Origin: a virus
Taxonomy: Duplodnaviria; Heunggongvirae; Uroviricota; Caudoviricetes
Length of the DNA: 64,000 bases
Reading direction: 5' to 3' (one strand)
IMG/VR virus record: IMGVR_UViG_3300042549_004104
Coordinates: 96,001-160,000 of that record
Under the pieces are notes generated by a model that was not told the origin of the DNA, searched no databases, and saw nothing but the letters and a program-made list of their open reading frames with translations. The translations under genes and the position numbers were made by a program. Of this stretch, positions 8,276-19,575 are shown piece after piece. Position 1 is the first letter of the stretch; the number at the start of each line of letters is the position of its first letter.

Positions 8276-9784
8276 ATGGCTACACTTTATCAACTTAATA
8301 GAGAAGGTAACGAACTCGGTCAACAGTTAAAAAAAACCCAAAGTAATTTGTGGGAAGCTGAAAATTATCTTGCGGATCTTAAAGCTCGACCAAATGCTAA
8401 TCCTAAAGATATAGCACTGATAGAATCAGAAGTTACAAAATTTCAAGCGCAAGAAACTGCATTACAGGCAAAAATTGATGACTGGACATTAAGATGGAGA
8501 GATGTACAAGTCAAGGCTGCTGAAAAGGCAGAGCAAGAAGAAAAGGCAGCAGCACTTGCGGCAGAACAAAAAGCGGCAGCTGAAAAAGCACGAAATCCTG
8601 GGGCTGACCTACAAAAGACCGGAGAAGGATTAACACAAGATCAAATTGATTCGGGGTTTACTCCTGTTACTCAACAACAAACCGGAGAAATAACTGAACC
8701 TATAACTGCAAGCACCGTCAATGCTCAAACAGTAACCAATGTTGATATAACAACTACCGACCCAAGTGTAAATCAAGATACTTTATTATCACCGGAACAA
8801 TCTATCGCAAAGGCTCAAGTAAAACCTGAACCTCAAGATCCACAAGTGCTTGCCGCAGATAATGTCAATAATACAAATAGTGCTATTCGTGAAGCAATCA
8901 CGAACAATCCAGTGTCTTCAGCTGGTAATAATGTAACTACTGGAAACAACACTGCTGGATCAGTAGATCAAGTTAGAAAAGAAGCTGTTGAACAAGCGCA
9001 AGATAATACAAGAGAACAAGATGACTGGAGAGTAAGATTACAATTGGCAACAGACGCTTATGATTATCTTTATAATGCTGCCAAGTTGGGTGATGTTTTA
9101 TATCCGTTACAAGTAACTAAAGGTGTCATATTTCCATACACACCTCAAATACAAATGGGTTATAAAGCAAACTATGAAGCAATAGATTTAGTACATAATA
9201 ATTATAAACAATATTTTTATAAAAACAGTAGTGTTGAGGATGTTGTAATAACTTGCGATTTTACAGCACAAGACACAAACGAAGCAGATTATTTATTAGC
9301 AGTAATGCACTTTTTCAGATCAGTAACTAAAATGTTTTTTGGAAAAGATAGTAGCCCAAGAGCAGGAACACCTCCTCCTTTGTGCTTTCTATCTGGTTTA
9401 GGACAATATCAATTTAGCGATCACCCATTGTTAATTAATAGTTTTACATATACTTTACCTAATGATGTTGATTATATACGTGCTGGAAGTACAACACAGT
9501 TTGCTGGTGTAAATTTAAGTGCATATACTCCAAAACCACAAGCATTTACTAAATCTTATTTTCCTGCACTAGATCGGTTACGTGGAAGTAAATTAAAAAA
9601 GGGAGGATATATATCACAGGACCCTGATTTTCAATATTTGTCTAATTCAAAGGCTACTTATGTACCTACTAAGATACAATTACAAATAGGAGCATATCCA
9701 ATAGTAACTAGAAAAAATACAACAAATGTATTTTCAGTGGAAAAATATGCTACTGGCGAACTATTTAAGAAAGGTTTTTGGTAA
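8276..9784 (+). CDS. Baseplate/tail-tube initiator-like protein with an N-terminal coiled-coil extension
   Basis: C-terminal DWRVRL...GVIFPYTPQI...FTAQ...HFFRSVTKMFFG...PPP...LPNDVDYI tube-like domain; lies before a gp53-like gene. Confidence 0.6.
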   Translation: MATLYQLNREGNELGQQLKKTQSNLWEAENYLADLKARPNANPKDIALIESEVTKFQAQETALQAKIDDWTLRWRDVQVKAAEKAEQEEKAAALAAEQKAAAEKARNPGADLQKTGEGLTQDQIDSGFTPVTQQQTGEITEPITASTVNAQTVTNVDITTTDPSVNQDTLLSPEQSIAKAQVKPEPQDPQVLAADNVNNTNSAIREAITNNPVSSAGNNVTTGNNTAGSVDQVRKEAVEQAQDNTREQDDWRVRLQLATDAYDYLYNAAKLGDVLYPLQVTKGVIFPYTPQIQMGYKANYEAIDLVHNNYKQYFYKNSSVEDVVITCDFTAQDTNEADYLLAVMHFFRSVTKMFFGKDSSPRAGTPPPLCFLSGLGQYQFSDHPLLINSFTYTLPNDVDYIRAGSTTQFAGVNLSAYTPKPQAFTKSYFPALDRLRGSKLKKGGYISQDPDFQYLSNSKATYVPTKIQLQIGAYPIVTRKNTTNVFSVEKYATGELFKKGFW

Positions 9785-10083
9785 TGAGTTACCCACAAAC
9801 AAGTCCTTACTATTTAACAGGCATTTACGAACAACAATTTCTTGACAACATGACAAATAGACCTATACCGGTAAACACCTTAGATCAATATTGGACTATC
9901 ACTCAAACATATCATTTAAGACCTGATTTGTTAGCGTATGATTTGTATGATGATAGTAAACTATGGTGGGTATTTGCACAAAGAAATCCTAATACTTTGG
10001 CCGATCCGTTGTTTGATTTTGTAGTAGGTAAAAATATTTACATACCACAAGCTGCAACATTACAAACAGCGTTAGGATTATAA
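9784..10083 (+). CDS. Baseplate wedge gp53-like (LysM-like) protein
   Basis: RPDLLAYDLY...LWWVF...N...IYIP; ATG at 9784 overlaps the upstream TAA. Confidence 0.75.
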   Translation: MSYPQTSPYYLTGIYEQQFLDNMTNRPIPVNTLDQYWTITQTYHLRPDLLAYDLYDDSKLWWVFAQRNPNTLADPLFDFVVGKNIYIPQAATLQTALGL

Positions 10084-10084
10084 A

Positions 10085-12937
10085 ATGGCAGTTACAAATC
10101 AAGCCGAGTTTGATGCTTCTGTTGCAAAAGCAGAAGAAGCTAAAAAACTATCTATTCAATATTATGATGCATTTAAACAAGCTGTTAAAAACGGAAATAC
10201 TCAACTTGATCTCTATGTAGGTCAAATAACAGCAATAAGAAATGATTCTACTCTTAGTAATACTGAAAAAAAGCAAAAAGAGTTAGAGATAAGAAAAGGG
10301 CCAGTTGCAGAAATAGGAAGCATAACTGTTGCTGATTCTAGGACTTATTTTTTACAGACTTCTGAAATTCCTAGTACATTGTCTGACCCAATTAAAAATA
10401 CTTATCTTAAGAATATGGCAGAGAGCATACAATCACAACAAGCTGCCATCGATAAAAATAATTCATCTATTGCAAAGTTAGAAGCAGAATTGGGTCAACC
10501 TAATCAATCTACAGAAAATAAAACGCCCACTGAAAATCCTGAAGAAACTAAACCTGCAGAAAATAAAGTACAAGATAATAATGCAACTCCTGCTGTTACA
10601 GGAACTGCTGAATCTAACGAAGGTAATCTCACCCCAATTGCACAAAATGATGAAGATGTTTATAAAGGGCGAGCAGTTGAAGTAAAAGGAGTTGGAGATA
10701 AAGGTGACAGATTAACACCTGTACGTCCATCTAATCCTTTAAGTGCTTTTAGCAGTTATACTTATAACATAAGTTTGTATGGGATAACACCGGAAGCATA
10801 TAATAACTGGAATGTTAATGGAAAATGGCTCACAAAAGATTTATCTCTTTTAATGCAAAGTGGTGGTATTAATTCAAAATTAGATGGTGCTAGAAATGAA
10901 TTTTTTGATTTAGATTTTACCATAGATGATCTTGAAATAATTACACTTACTAATGCTAAAGCTACACGATTTGCAGGAAACCAAAGTGGTTTTAAATTTA
11001 AAATTTATGAACCAACTGGAGTTTCATTTTTATCTAGACTAGTTAACGCACAAGTAAAAATACAAGAACGAACAAATATAAAAAGTGATATTAAACAACA
11101 AATACAAGCATTACAATGTCCTTTTTTATTAGTAATAAGATTTTATGGATATGACGAAAAAGGTAAATTAGTCAAAAATTTATCTGATCCTAATTCTAAT
11201 AGCTCTACTAAAACTGATAGTAATTCAAATTTTGAAAGAGCCTTCCCTATTATTTTCAGTAAACTTACTTTTAAATTAGATGGTAAGGTTACTGTATATG
11301 ATATTGAGGCAAAAATGCTAAATGAAAATATCGGGTATGGATCTGAAAAGGGAGTTATTAAAACTGGATTTGAAATCGTGTCAGACACAGTTAGTAATGC
11401 TATAAATTCTCTTCTGGATAAAGTTAATAAACAACAAAAAGATTTAACAATAGCACCAAAAGATCCTAAATCGTCAGCTCCGCAAGAAATAGCTGATGTA
11501 TATAAAGTTATGTTTGAAGACCAATCGGGTATTGCAGATGCATTGATTGTTGATCAAGATTACTATGTAAAAACGTATACTCCATCGTCTACTGGAATTA
11601 GTTACGCTAGTCAAGTTAATGAACGAACTGCTCAAATAAGTACCCAATCAGTTACAAAAGATCAAAGAATAATTAAGATTGCTGAAGGCTCATCAGTATT
11701 AACTGCAATTGAAGCTATCATAACTCAGAGTACATTCATAAAAAATTCACTAAACAAACTTGAAAAAGAAGAACTTCAAAAGAAACAACCAAATGATTCG
11801 TCAGTGCAAACTACGTCTGAACAGTTAGATTTATATTGGTACACCACAAGACCCATGGTTAAAATCATTGGATATGATAAAGCAAGAAATCAATATGCAC
11901 ACGAAATCACTTACAATGTCATAAAGTATAGAATCCCTCATGTTCAAACATTATACTTAAATAAAACTTTGAAATATCACGGCCCTCATAAAATTTATGA
12001 ATATTACTATTCAGGTAATAATACTGAGATTATAGATTTCAATGCAACTTTTAATTTAGCATATTATAACATAGGGTCTTTAGCTAGTTCTGCCCCAAAT
12101 GCTACTAATTCCAATGATTCTGTACGTAATAGTAGAGAACCAGGGCAAAATGGTGATTCTACAAACAAATTGCCAGGTACAAATGAATTAGTTAATAGTC
12201 TTAAAAGTTATTTGTATAGTCCTACAGATTTATTAAATGCAACAATAACTATTTTAGGTGATCCGGATTATCTAATGCCTGGTCAAGCCGGCGACGCGGC
12301 AAATATGTTTAAATTATTTTATGGTCCTGATTTTACAATTAATCCAAATAGTGGTGAAGTTTTCATAGAGATAGGATTTAAACAAGTAAAAGATTATGAT
12401 ACATACTGGGGAATTTTAGAGCCACAAGATAATGTGGTATTTTGGACATACCCACAAGACTCAGAGATCCAACGAAGAACAAATGGAAGAATGGTTTACA
12501 TGTTAACCCAAGTTACAAGTAGATTTTCAGGTGGTGTTTTTAAGCAAGAATTAAAATCAGTAATACCATCATTTATAGACCAACCAAAAGGTGCAGGAGG
12601 TGGTGGTGGATTACGTGCAGATGAGAATCAATCTCAAGCTGAAGTTAACAGACTATTAAGACAAAATGCAAATAAAACTAAACCAAACATTGTTTCTAAG
12701 CCTAAACTACCTAGTAAACCACCATCAACTACTTCAAGTAGTGCGGCCGGAATGAAAAACTATAAACCAAGATTTACACAAACAGTTAATGATGATAATG
12801 CACCAGTAAAAATTAGAAATTTAGACAAAGTAAATAATTTTCAATTGGAAGAATATAGAAAAAAACTTGCTGCCGTCAACAAAAAAGATTCTGCCAAACC
12901 TAGCCGCAGTGCGACTGGCCGGCTTGAAGGAAAATAA
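10085..12937 (+). CDS. Baseplate hub protein (gp27-like position)
   Basis: NPLSAFSSYTYNISLY, F.IYEP.G, ITILGDP, F..G.FKQEL motifs; located between gp53-like and gp5-like genes. Confidence 0.55.
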   Translation: MAVTNQAEFDASVAKAEEAKKLSIQYYDAFKQAVKNGNTQLDLYVGQITAIRNDSTLSNTEKKQKELEIRKGPVAEIGSITVADSRTYFLQTSEIPSTLSDPIKNTYLKNMAESIQSQQAAIDKNNSSIAKLEAELGQPNQSTENKTPTENPEETKPAENKVQDNNATPAVTGTAESNEGNLTPIAQNDEDVYKGRAVEVKGVGDKGDRLTPVRPSNPLSAFSSYTYNISLYGITPEAYNNWNVNGKWLTKDLSLLMQSGGINSKLDGARNEFFDLDFTIDDLEIITLTNAKATRFAGNQSGFKFKIYEPTGVSFLSRLVNAQVKIQERTNIKSDIKQQIQALQCPFLLVIRFYGYDEKGKLVKNLSDPNSNSSTKTDSNSNFERAFPIIFSKLTFKLDGKVTVYDIEAKMLNENIGYGSEKGVIKTGFEIVSDTVSNAINSLLDKVNKQQKDLTIAPKDPKSSAPQEIADVYKVMFEDQSGIADALIVDQDYYVKTYTPSSTGISYASQVNERTAQISTQSVTKDQRIIKIAEGSSVLTAIEAIITQSTFIKNSLNKLEKEELQKKQPNDSSVQTTSEQLDLYWYTTRPMVKIIGYDKARNQYAHEITYNVIKYRIPHVQTLYLNKTLKYHGPHKIYEYYYSGNNTEIIDFNATFNLAYYNIGSLASSAPNATNSNDSVRNSREPGQNGDSTNKLPGTNELVNSLKSYLYSPTDLLNATITILGDPDYLMPGQAGDAANMFKLFYGPDFTINPNSGEVFIEIGFKQVKDYDTYWGILEPQDNVVFWTYPQDSEIQRRTNGRMVYMLTQVTSRFSGGVFKQELKSVIPSFIDQPKGAGGGGGLRADENQSQAEVNRLLRQNANKTKPNIVSKPKLPSKPPSTTSSSAAGMKNYKPRFTQTVNDDNAPVKIRNLDKVNNFQLEEYRKKLAAVNKKDSAKPSRSATGRLEGK

Positions 12938-12943
12938 TATTAT

Positions 12944-15700
12944 ATGAGTAATGAAAATATCATTAAACAACGGGGTACATTAAGCAACTACCGCGATGAT
13001 CGTGGCAGTGCTATATTATATCCTCATCCTATAATAGGTATTGTAAAGAATAACATAGATAATTTAAGATCAGGAAAAATTCAAGTTTATTTAAAAAGGT
13101 TAAATGAATACGATGAAAATGATCCTGACAATTGGACTACTGTTCGCTATTCTAGTCCTTTCTTTGGGTATACACCTAATACAGGTAGCCCCAATAGCGA
13201 CGGCACTTTCACAGGCAACCGCAATAGTTATGGTTTTTGGGCTACCCCACCTGATATTGGAACAGAAGTTATTTGTGTTTTCATCAACGGTGATCCTAGT
13301 CTAGGATATTATGTTGGTAATATACCGCCTATATCATTGACACATATGGTTCCTGCTATAGGTAGTGCTAAAGCTGTGATTCCAAACGCAGGTGAAGCTG
13401 AAGGTTATGGTGGGGCATCAGTGTTGCCAGTGACAGAATATAATGATGTAAATAAGGGTCAAGATAATAGCTCAACACCAAACACGGAACCTAGACCAAT
13501 TCATAGTTATCAGGCAGCAATTTTAAATAAACAGGGGTTAATCAGAGACCCTGCAAGAGGCGTAATATCTAGTAGCAGTACACGTGAAAGCCCAAGTAGA
13601 GTGTTTGGTATGAGTACTCCCGGCAGACCTATCTATAAGGGAGGTTACGGAGGAGAAGGTCAACCACCAATTGAAGAAGCAATTAAAAACACATCTACGC
13701 CTGCTGAGAATTTTCAGGTAACTGGTAGATTAGGTGGGCATAGTATCGTAATGGATGACGGCGACCTACTTGGAAAAGACCAATTATTGAGATTTAGAAC
13801 AAGCACTGGTCATATGATATTAATGAGTGACACTGCACAAACATTATTCATCATTCATTCAAACGGACAAAGTTATATTGAGTTGGGCAAAGAAGGTACG
13901 ATTGACATGTACGCTACTAATAGTGTCAATATAAGAACACAAGGTGATTTGAATTTACACGCAGATAATAATATCAATATTAATGCAGCCAATCAATTAA
14001 GTATATCCGCAAAAACATTAAAAACACAAAGCATTGACTCAACTACTCAATATACAGGAACTACTTTCGAACAGTATACTAAAGGCAATCATACTCTTAA
14101 AGTTAATAGTAAAATGAGTTTTGAAAGTAAAGGTGAAAGCAGTTTAAAAAGCGGTGGTACCAATTATATAAACGGCGGGCCTAATATAATGTTGAATTCA
14201 GGTTCAGGTTCATTGAACCCAGAAGAAGTGAAACAATTACCAATAACTGCCCATTATGATACTTTGTACGATTCATCAAAGGGATATGTATCAACTCCTG
14301 ATAAATTACAAAGTATTGTAAGTCGTGCCCCTACTCATTCTCCTTGGGAAGATGCAAACAAAGGAGTAAATGTTAAAACAAATTTAGATGCAGGTGCTAA
14401 TTTACCTGCAGCACCTTCTCCTAGTCTTGAATCAGTAAATCAATCAACACAAAATGCATCAGTAACAACAACAACACCTTCTGTAACCGCAACTGTCCCG
14501 CAAGTTAGTAATGCAAGCAATAATTTAGATCAAGGATCAACTGTTGCATTAGCTAGTCAACTTGCAGTAAATGCCGGCAATGGTCCTGCAAAAGATGCTA
14601 TCGCAACTAATGCAGGTGTTGTATCGGGTGCAAATGGTAAAATGGCTAGCCTATCTCCATATGGATTAAATCCAAGTCAATTGGTTGCAACTGGTTATTT
14701 AAAACCAGGAACAGATGTTGCAATTAATAAATTAATAAATGAAGGTAAAACATTAGATGAAGCTATGCCCGATAACTGCTGGACCGGTAAAGATGGTATT
14801 ACATCAACTCAATCTTTCCTAAATAGCAAACAAGCACAATCTAATGCCGCGGTCAATTTAATTAGTCAGGGTGAGAAATCGATGATTGATGCTGGTATCA
14901 TTACAGGCAATGAAAGCCCAACACAAACAGGTGGGGTTATATTAAGTGCAGTTTCTGCCGGAGTTGCTTCAACTGTAGACTATGTAAAAACATCTGCATC
15001 TTCAGCAATCTCAGTTGATGCCCCAATTACTAGTCCTACTGTTAATAGTGTTACTAATGTTAGTGCAAGTAGTTTAAGCGGAGTAATTAGTCCATATGCT
15101 ATAAAACCGTCTAATGCTATTGCAAGTGGAAATAATGCAACAGCTATGGCAGATTCATTTAAGACAGGAAATAAATCTAAATCAAACTTTAGTTTAAAGG
15201 GATCTGTCGCCGGACTTTTCAATAAAGCAGTAAGTAAATTTAAATCGTTAAAACCAAATATTCCGCAGAAATTAACCGGTGTTATATCTGATGCAGGAGA
15301 TAAGGCATTAGATAAAACACTCGCAAGTACTTTAGGTACAGGAGGTCCGGTCAATATAAAAATTGCTTCAGCTATAAAAAATAGTTTTAATTCCGGAGCA
15401 CTATCGGCTCAAAGTACTAAATTGTTAGGGGACAAGGGCATTCCTCCTCTAGCGTTTGATGCAACATCTACTACCCCTAAGGAACAATCAGCAGAAGGTG
15501 GTAAAAAATATGATACATTAAAGGCTGAGCTAACAAAATTAGATGATGATAAATGGGTATTGCGTAAAAAATACTACGATGCAAAGAAAATATATGGTGA
15601 CAGTTCTCCTGAAGCACAAGCCGCAGAAGCTGATTATAAAAAATGTTTACAAAGAATTGAAGAAGTTCGCAAAGAGATGTTTAAGGCAAGCACATCATAA
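12944..15700 (+). CDS. Baseplate central spike, gp5/VgrG-like, with long C-terminal extension
   Basis: OB-fold pattern GIVKNNID...GKIQVY...SYGFW..PPDIGTEV...F.NGD; GHSIVMDD and RTSTGH beta-helix repeats; RAPTHSPW. Confidence 0.8.
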   Translation: MSNENIIKQRGTLSNYRDDRGSAILYPHPIIGIVKNNIDNLRSGKIQVYLKRLNEYDENDPDNWTTVRYSSPFFGYTPNTGSPNSDGTFTGNRNSYGFWATPPDIGTEVICVFINGDPSLGYYVGNIPPISLTHMVPAIGSAKAVIPNAGEAEGYGGASVLPVTEYNDVNKGQDNSSTPNTEPRPIHSYQAAILNKQGLIRDPARGVISSSSTRESPSRVFGMSTPGRPIYKGGYGGEGQPPIEEAIKNTSTPAENFQVTGRLGGHSIVMDDGDLLGKDQLLRFRTSTGHMILMSDTAQTLFIIHSNGQSYIELGKEGTIDMYATNSVNIRTQGDLNLHADNNININAANQLSISAKTLKTQSIDSTTQYTGTTFEQYTKGNHTLKVNSKMSFESKGESSLKSGGTNYINGGPNIMLNSGSGSLNPEEVKQLPITAHYDTLYDSSKGYVSTPDKLQSIVSRAPTHSPWEDANKGVNVKTNLDAGANLPAAPSPSLESVNQSTQNASVTTTTPSVTATVPQVSNASNNLDQGSTVALASQLAVNAGNGPAKDAIATNAGVVSGANGKMASLSPYGLNPSQLVATGYLKPGTDVAINKLINEGKTLDEAMPDNCWTGKDGITSTQSFLNSKQAQSNAAVNLISQGEKSMIDAGIITGNESPTQTGGVILSAVSAGVASTVDYVKTSASSAISVDAPITSPTVNSVTNVSASSLSGVISPYAIKPSNAIASGNNATAMADSFKTGNKSKSNFSLKGSVAGLFNKAVSKFKSLKPNIPQKLTGVISDAGDKALDKTLASTLGTGGPVNIKIASAIKNSFNSGALSAQSTKLLGDKGIPPLAFDATSTTPKEQSAEGGKKYDTLKAELTKLDDDKWVLRKKYYDAKKIYGDSSPEAQAAEADYKKCLQRIEEVRKEMFKASTS

Positions 15701-15720
15701 ATATGGTATAGGATATAAAA

Positions 15721-16170
15721 ATGGCTACTTTTATAGGATTTAACACTCAAAAAATAGATCAAGTTCGTAAAACATCATTTATTGATAGTGGTGATGGTGG
15801 TTCCGGATCGGTCACTAATTCAATAAGACCAACTAAAAAATTTAGAACAGTCGATAGAGATTTAGTAGTGCAAGATTTAATCAATGCATTGAACATTCCC
15901 CAGGGACAAAAGCCCGGTAAACCTGAATACGGCACTACGTTATGGAGTTTTGTGTTTGAACCTAATACAGTAGATGTTCAAATCCAAATTGAAAATGAAA
16001 TACGAAGGATAGCAGGCCAAGATCCTAGGTTAACTCTAAACAGTGTGGTTTCTTATCCACAAGACAATGGTATACTGGTTGAAGTTGAGTTTGCTATTTC
16101 TCCCTTCAATGATGTAGAGCAATTAGCTATTAGATTCGATCAAAACACGACCCAAGCATATAGTGCCTAA
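15721..16170 (+). CDS. Baseplate wedge subunit gp25-like
   Basis: DLINAL..P.G.KP..PEYGT.LW..VFEP...I..I...DPR. Confidence 0.85.
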   Translation: MATFIGFNTQKIDQVRKTSFIDSGDGGSGSVTNSIRPTKKFRTVDRDLVVQDLINALNIPQGQKPGKPEYGTTLWSFVFEPNTVDVQIQIENEIRRIAGQDPRLTLNSVVSYPQDNGILVEVEFAISPFNDVEQLAIRFDQNTTQAYSA

Positions 16171-16216
16171 ATTTAGGTGTTTTTCAAATAGATAAATACT
16201 ATAAAGAGATTATAGT

Positions 16217-19200
16217 ATGGCCACAAGTTCAAGACAATCAAGTATATTTGGTGTAAACGATTGGAAATCAATCTACAAAAATTATAGTCAAGCTGATTTT
16301 CAGAGCTATGACTATGATACCTTACGTAAAACTTTTGTAGATTATCTCCGAACTTATTACCCTGAAACGTTTAATGACTATATAGAATCTAGCGAATATA
16401 TTGCGTTGCTAGACGTTATGGCCTATATGGGCCAAGCATTAAGTTTCCGTAATGATTTAAATACCCGCGAAAATTTTATTGACACTGCGGAACGTAGAGA
16501 CAGTGTAATCAAACTAGCTAACCTAGTGAGCTATACTCCAAAAAGAAATATTGCAGGTCAAGGTTACGCAAAAATTGTATCAGTATCAACATCAGAACAA
16601 ATCCGTGATATTAATAATTTAAATCTAAGTAATTTAACTATACTTTGGAATGATCCATCTAATCCAAATTGGCAAGAACAATTTAATTCTATAATAAATT
16701 CCGCGTTAATTGATACTCAAAAAGTTGGAAAACCTGGAAATAGTAAATCAATTTTAAACATCAAAACGGATGAGTATAGTATATTTTTACCAAACGGGGC
16801 TACCCCTGTAATTCCATTCGGGGCAACAGTAGATGGAATATCAATGGGATTTGAGGGTGTAAGTGTAACCAGTGTTGACAGTGATGACATGTACGAAGTA
16901 CCACCGGGCAACACTAGTTTATTTAATATTCTATATAGGAATGATAAACTAGGTTACGGTAGCGCAAATACAGGATTCTTCATTTACTTTAAACAAGGAT
17001 CATTAACTTCATATACTTTTAATTTACCAGAACAAATTACAAATAATAGTGTTGATGTAAACATTGAAGGTATTAATAACACTGATACTTGGTTGTATCA
17101 AAGTGATCAAGCAGGTACCGAACTCACATTATGGACACAAGTAGAAAGTGTTTATGCAAATGCTAGTTTGCAAAAATTAACTAGCGGTAAAAAAGTATAT
17201 AGTGTAAATTCACGAACAAATGATCAAGTAACCTATGTGTTTGGTGACGGTGTGTTTAGTGAAGTTCCGGTAGGGACATTTACTGCATTATTACGTTCTA
17301 GTAATGGTTTAAATTATGTCATCGATCCGTCTGAATTTCAAAGTATAACTCTTTCTATTCCTTACATAAGTCGTAGCAATAGAACAGAAACATTGACAGC
17401 AACAATTAGTTTACAACTACCTGTTAGTACTGCTCAACAACGTGAAACATTACCTGAAATAAAAGAACGTGCTCCACAACGCTATTATACACAAAATCGT
17501 ATGGTTAATGGCGAAGATTATAATAATTTTCCATATACTCTTTATAGTTCAATTATCAAAAGCAAAGCCATTAATCGTAGTAGTGTAGGTGTATCTAGAA
17601 ATTTTGATTTGTTAGACCCAAGTGCAAAATATTCTAGTACAAATGATTTTGCAGATGATGGTGGACTATATGAAGTAACCAACGATGGTTTTACTAATTT
17701 TACAGCATCAACAACAAATGATATTACAAATTTTCTATCAGAATATTTACCTGATGTATTAGGCGGCAACCGCGTTTATCAATACTATACTCAATTTTAC
17801 ACCCGATATATAATGAGCGGAGACATTGTTTCTTGGAATCAAACTTTCAATCTTTCAGGAGAAAGTAATGGATATTTCTATAGTAATGGATTGCCTATAT
17901 CAGTTGGTGTCTATGCACAAGGAAATGTAAAATATATTTCTCAAGGCGCACTATTAGGTTTTGTAGCCCCTTCTGGATATTATTTTGGTACTGACAATAA
18001 ATTAGTTGCAGGATTAGCATCTCCGAGTGATGTTACATCTATTTGGACTAGCGTGTTAAGCGTCATAGGTGATGGATATAATAATGGCGAAGGTAATCTT
18101 AACAATGGACTGGGACCTATTAATTTATCTAATAGCATACCTGACGGGGCAGTTTTATCTGTAATTATTCCTAGTTTAACTAATGTTTTAGGTACAACTT
18201 TAACACAAGAATGTATTACAAAAATTAGATTAGGACAAAGTTTTTCATTGATTTATGATAATTCTTTGTTAGCAAATCAAGAACGCTGGTCTACTAGCAC
18301 ATTTAATAATACTGAATATTTGGTAAAATTTGAAAGTTTGGGTTCTACTAGATATTTGGTAACTTACAAATCTATAGGTTATTATTTCGCTAGTGTCAAT
18401 GATGTACGATTTACATATGACAGAGATAAAATAATATATGATCCACTAAGTGGAAAATTACTACAGGATACTGTTACTGTTTTAAAAGCTAACTCACAAC
18501 CAACTAATAACTATCCTTTATCAGGAGACATTAAATTAAATGTTTTTGGTCAACAAATTGAATCAGACGGATATATAAATGATTTTGGTGTTGAATTAAG
18601 TAATTTTGATTTAACAAGTGTTGGATCATATAAAAATCCAGATTTCTTTGTTACTATAACAGGTTACTTACCTGGAACAGGTAATTACGACAAATATTGT
18701 TTTTTTCAAACAATAATTGATGCAAATTTGTTGTCACGTGTTGAGATGATTCCTACTAGTAACATTGTATATGCTTATGCATCAGAATCAGAAATCGCAA
18801 TTGTCAAATATGAATTCCCAGTAGGACAAGTATTTTATGCAGTTGTAGAAGATAAATTTTATCAATCAGTAAGTGATACAACCAGTGCTAATATTGTTAA
18901 TTTGATATCAGCTACAGATTACAGTCAAAAGACAGGTCGTCAAGGTTTATATTTCCAATATAAACATATTTCGGGTGACACAACACGAATTGATCCGGCA
19001 ACAACAAATATTATTGATTTGTACTTATTAACACAAAGTTATTATACTGCATATCAAAATTGGTTACGTGATACAACAGATACAATCATCGAACCAGAAA
19101 GACCAACAATTAATGAATTGACACAAACTTATAGTAACATTTATGAATATAAAATGTTATCAGATGCGGTGGTTGTTAACAGTGCTAGATTTAAACCATT

Positions 19201-19561
19201 ATTTGGTGCAAAAGCAGCACCTGAATTAAGAGGCACAATTAAAGTTATTAAATCACCGTTGACAACGATAAGTGATAGTGAAATTCGTACAAATGTTCTT
19301 ACAGAATTAAACACTTATTTTAGTATTGACAACTGGACGTTTGGAGACACATTTTATTTTAGTGAATTAAGTTCATATTTGCATTCTCAATTAGGAGATA
19401 TAATAAGTTCTGTGGTTCTAGTTCCAACTAGCCCATTACTTACATTTGGTGATTTATATGAAATCAAAAGTGCCCCTTATGAAATATTCGTAAATGGCGC
19501 ACAGGCAACAGATATTGTAGTAATAACAGCACTTACCCCAAGTGAATTAAAAGCAGGTTAA
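16217..19561 (+). CDS. Baseplate wedge subunit gp6-like
   Basis: YD.LR...YLR..YPE.FND..ESSE...LLD..AY, ENFIDTAERRDSV..LA, FGDG, Q.RMV..EDY. Confidence 0.85.
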   Translation: MATSSRQSSIFGVNDWKSIYKNYSQADFQSYDYDTLRKTFVDYLRTYYPETFNDYIESSEYIALLDVMAYMGQALSFRNDLNTRENFIDTAERRDSVIKLANLVSYTPKRNIAGQGYAKIVSVSTSEQIRDINNLNLSNLTILWNDPSNPNWQEQFNSIINSALIDTQKVGKPGNSKSILNIKTDEYSIFLPNGATPVIPFGATVDGISMGFEGVSVTSVDSDDMYEVPPGNTSLFNILYRNDKLGYGSANTGFFIYFKQGSLTSYTFNLPEQITNNSVDVNIEGINNTDTWLYQSDQAGTELTLWTQVESVYANASLQKLTSGKKVYSVNSRTNDQVTYVFGDGVFSEVPVGTFTALLRSSNGLNYVIDPSEFQSITLSIPYISRSNRTETLTATISLQLPVSTAQQRETLPEIKERAPQRYYTQNRMVNGEDYNNFPYTLYSSIIKSKAINRSSVGVSRNFDLLDPSAKYSSTNDFADDGGLYEVTNDGFTNFTASTTNDITNFLSEYLPDVLGGNRVYQYYTQFYTRYIMSGDIVSWNQTFNLSGESNGYFYSNGLPISVGVYAQGNVKYISQGALLGFVAPSGYYFGTDNKLVAGLASPSDVTSIWTSVLSVIGDGYNNGEGNLNNGLGPINLSNSIPDGAVLSVIIPSLTNVLGTTLTQECITKIRLGQSFSLIYDNSLLANQERWSTSTFNNTEYLVKFESLGSTRYLVTYKSIGYYFASVNDVRFTYDRDKIIYDPLSGKLLQDTVTVLKANSQPTNNYPLSGDIKLNVFGQQIESDGYINDFGVELSNFDLTSVGSYKNPDFFVTITGYLPGTGNYDKYCFFQTIIDANLLSRVEMIPTSNIVYAYASESEIAIVKYEFPVGQVFYAVVEDKFYQSVSDTTSANIVNLISATDYSQKTGRQGLYFQYKHISGDTTRIDPATTNIIDLYLLTQSYYTAYQNWLRDTTDTIIEPERPTINELTQTYSNIYEYKMLSDAVVVNSARFKPLFGAKAAPELRGTIKVIKSPLTTISDSEIRTNVLTELNTYFSIDNWTFGDTFYFSELSSYLHSQLGDIISSVVLVPTSPLLTFGDLYEIKSAPYEIFVNGAQATDIVVITALTPSELKAG

Positions 19562-19575
19562 TATAGGTAATAATA

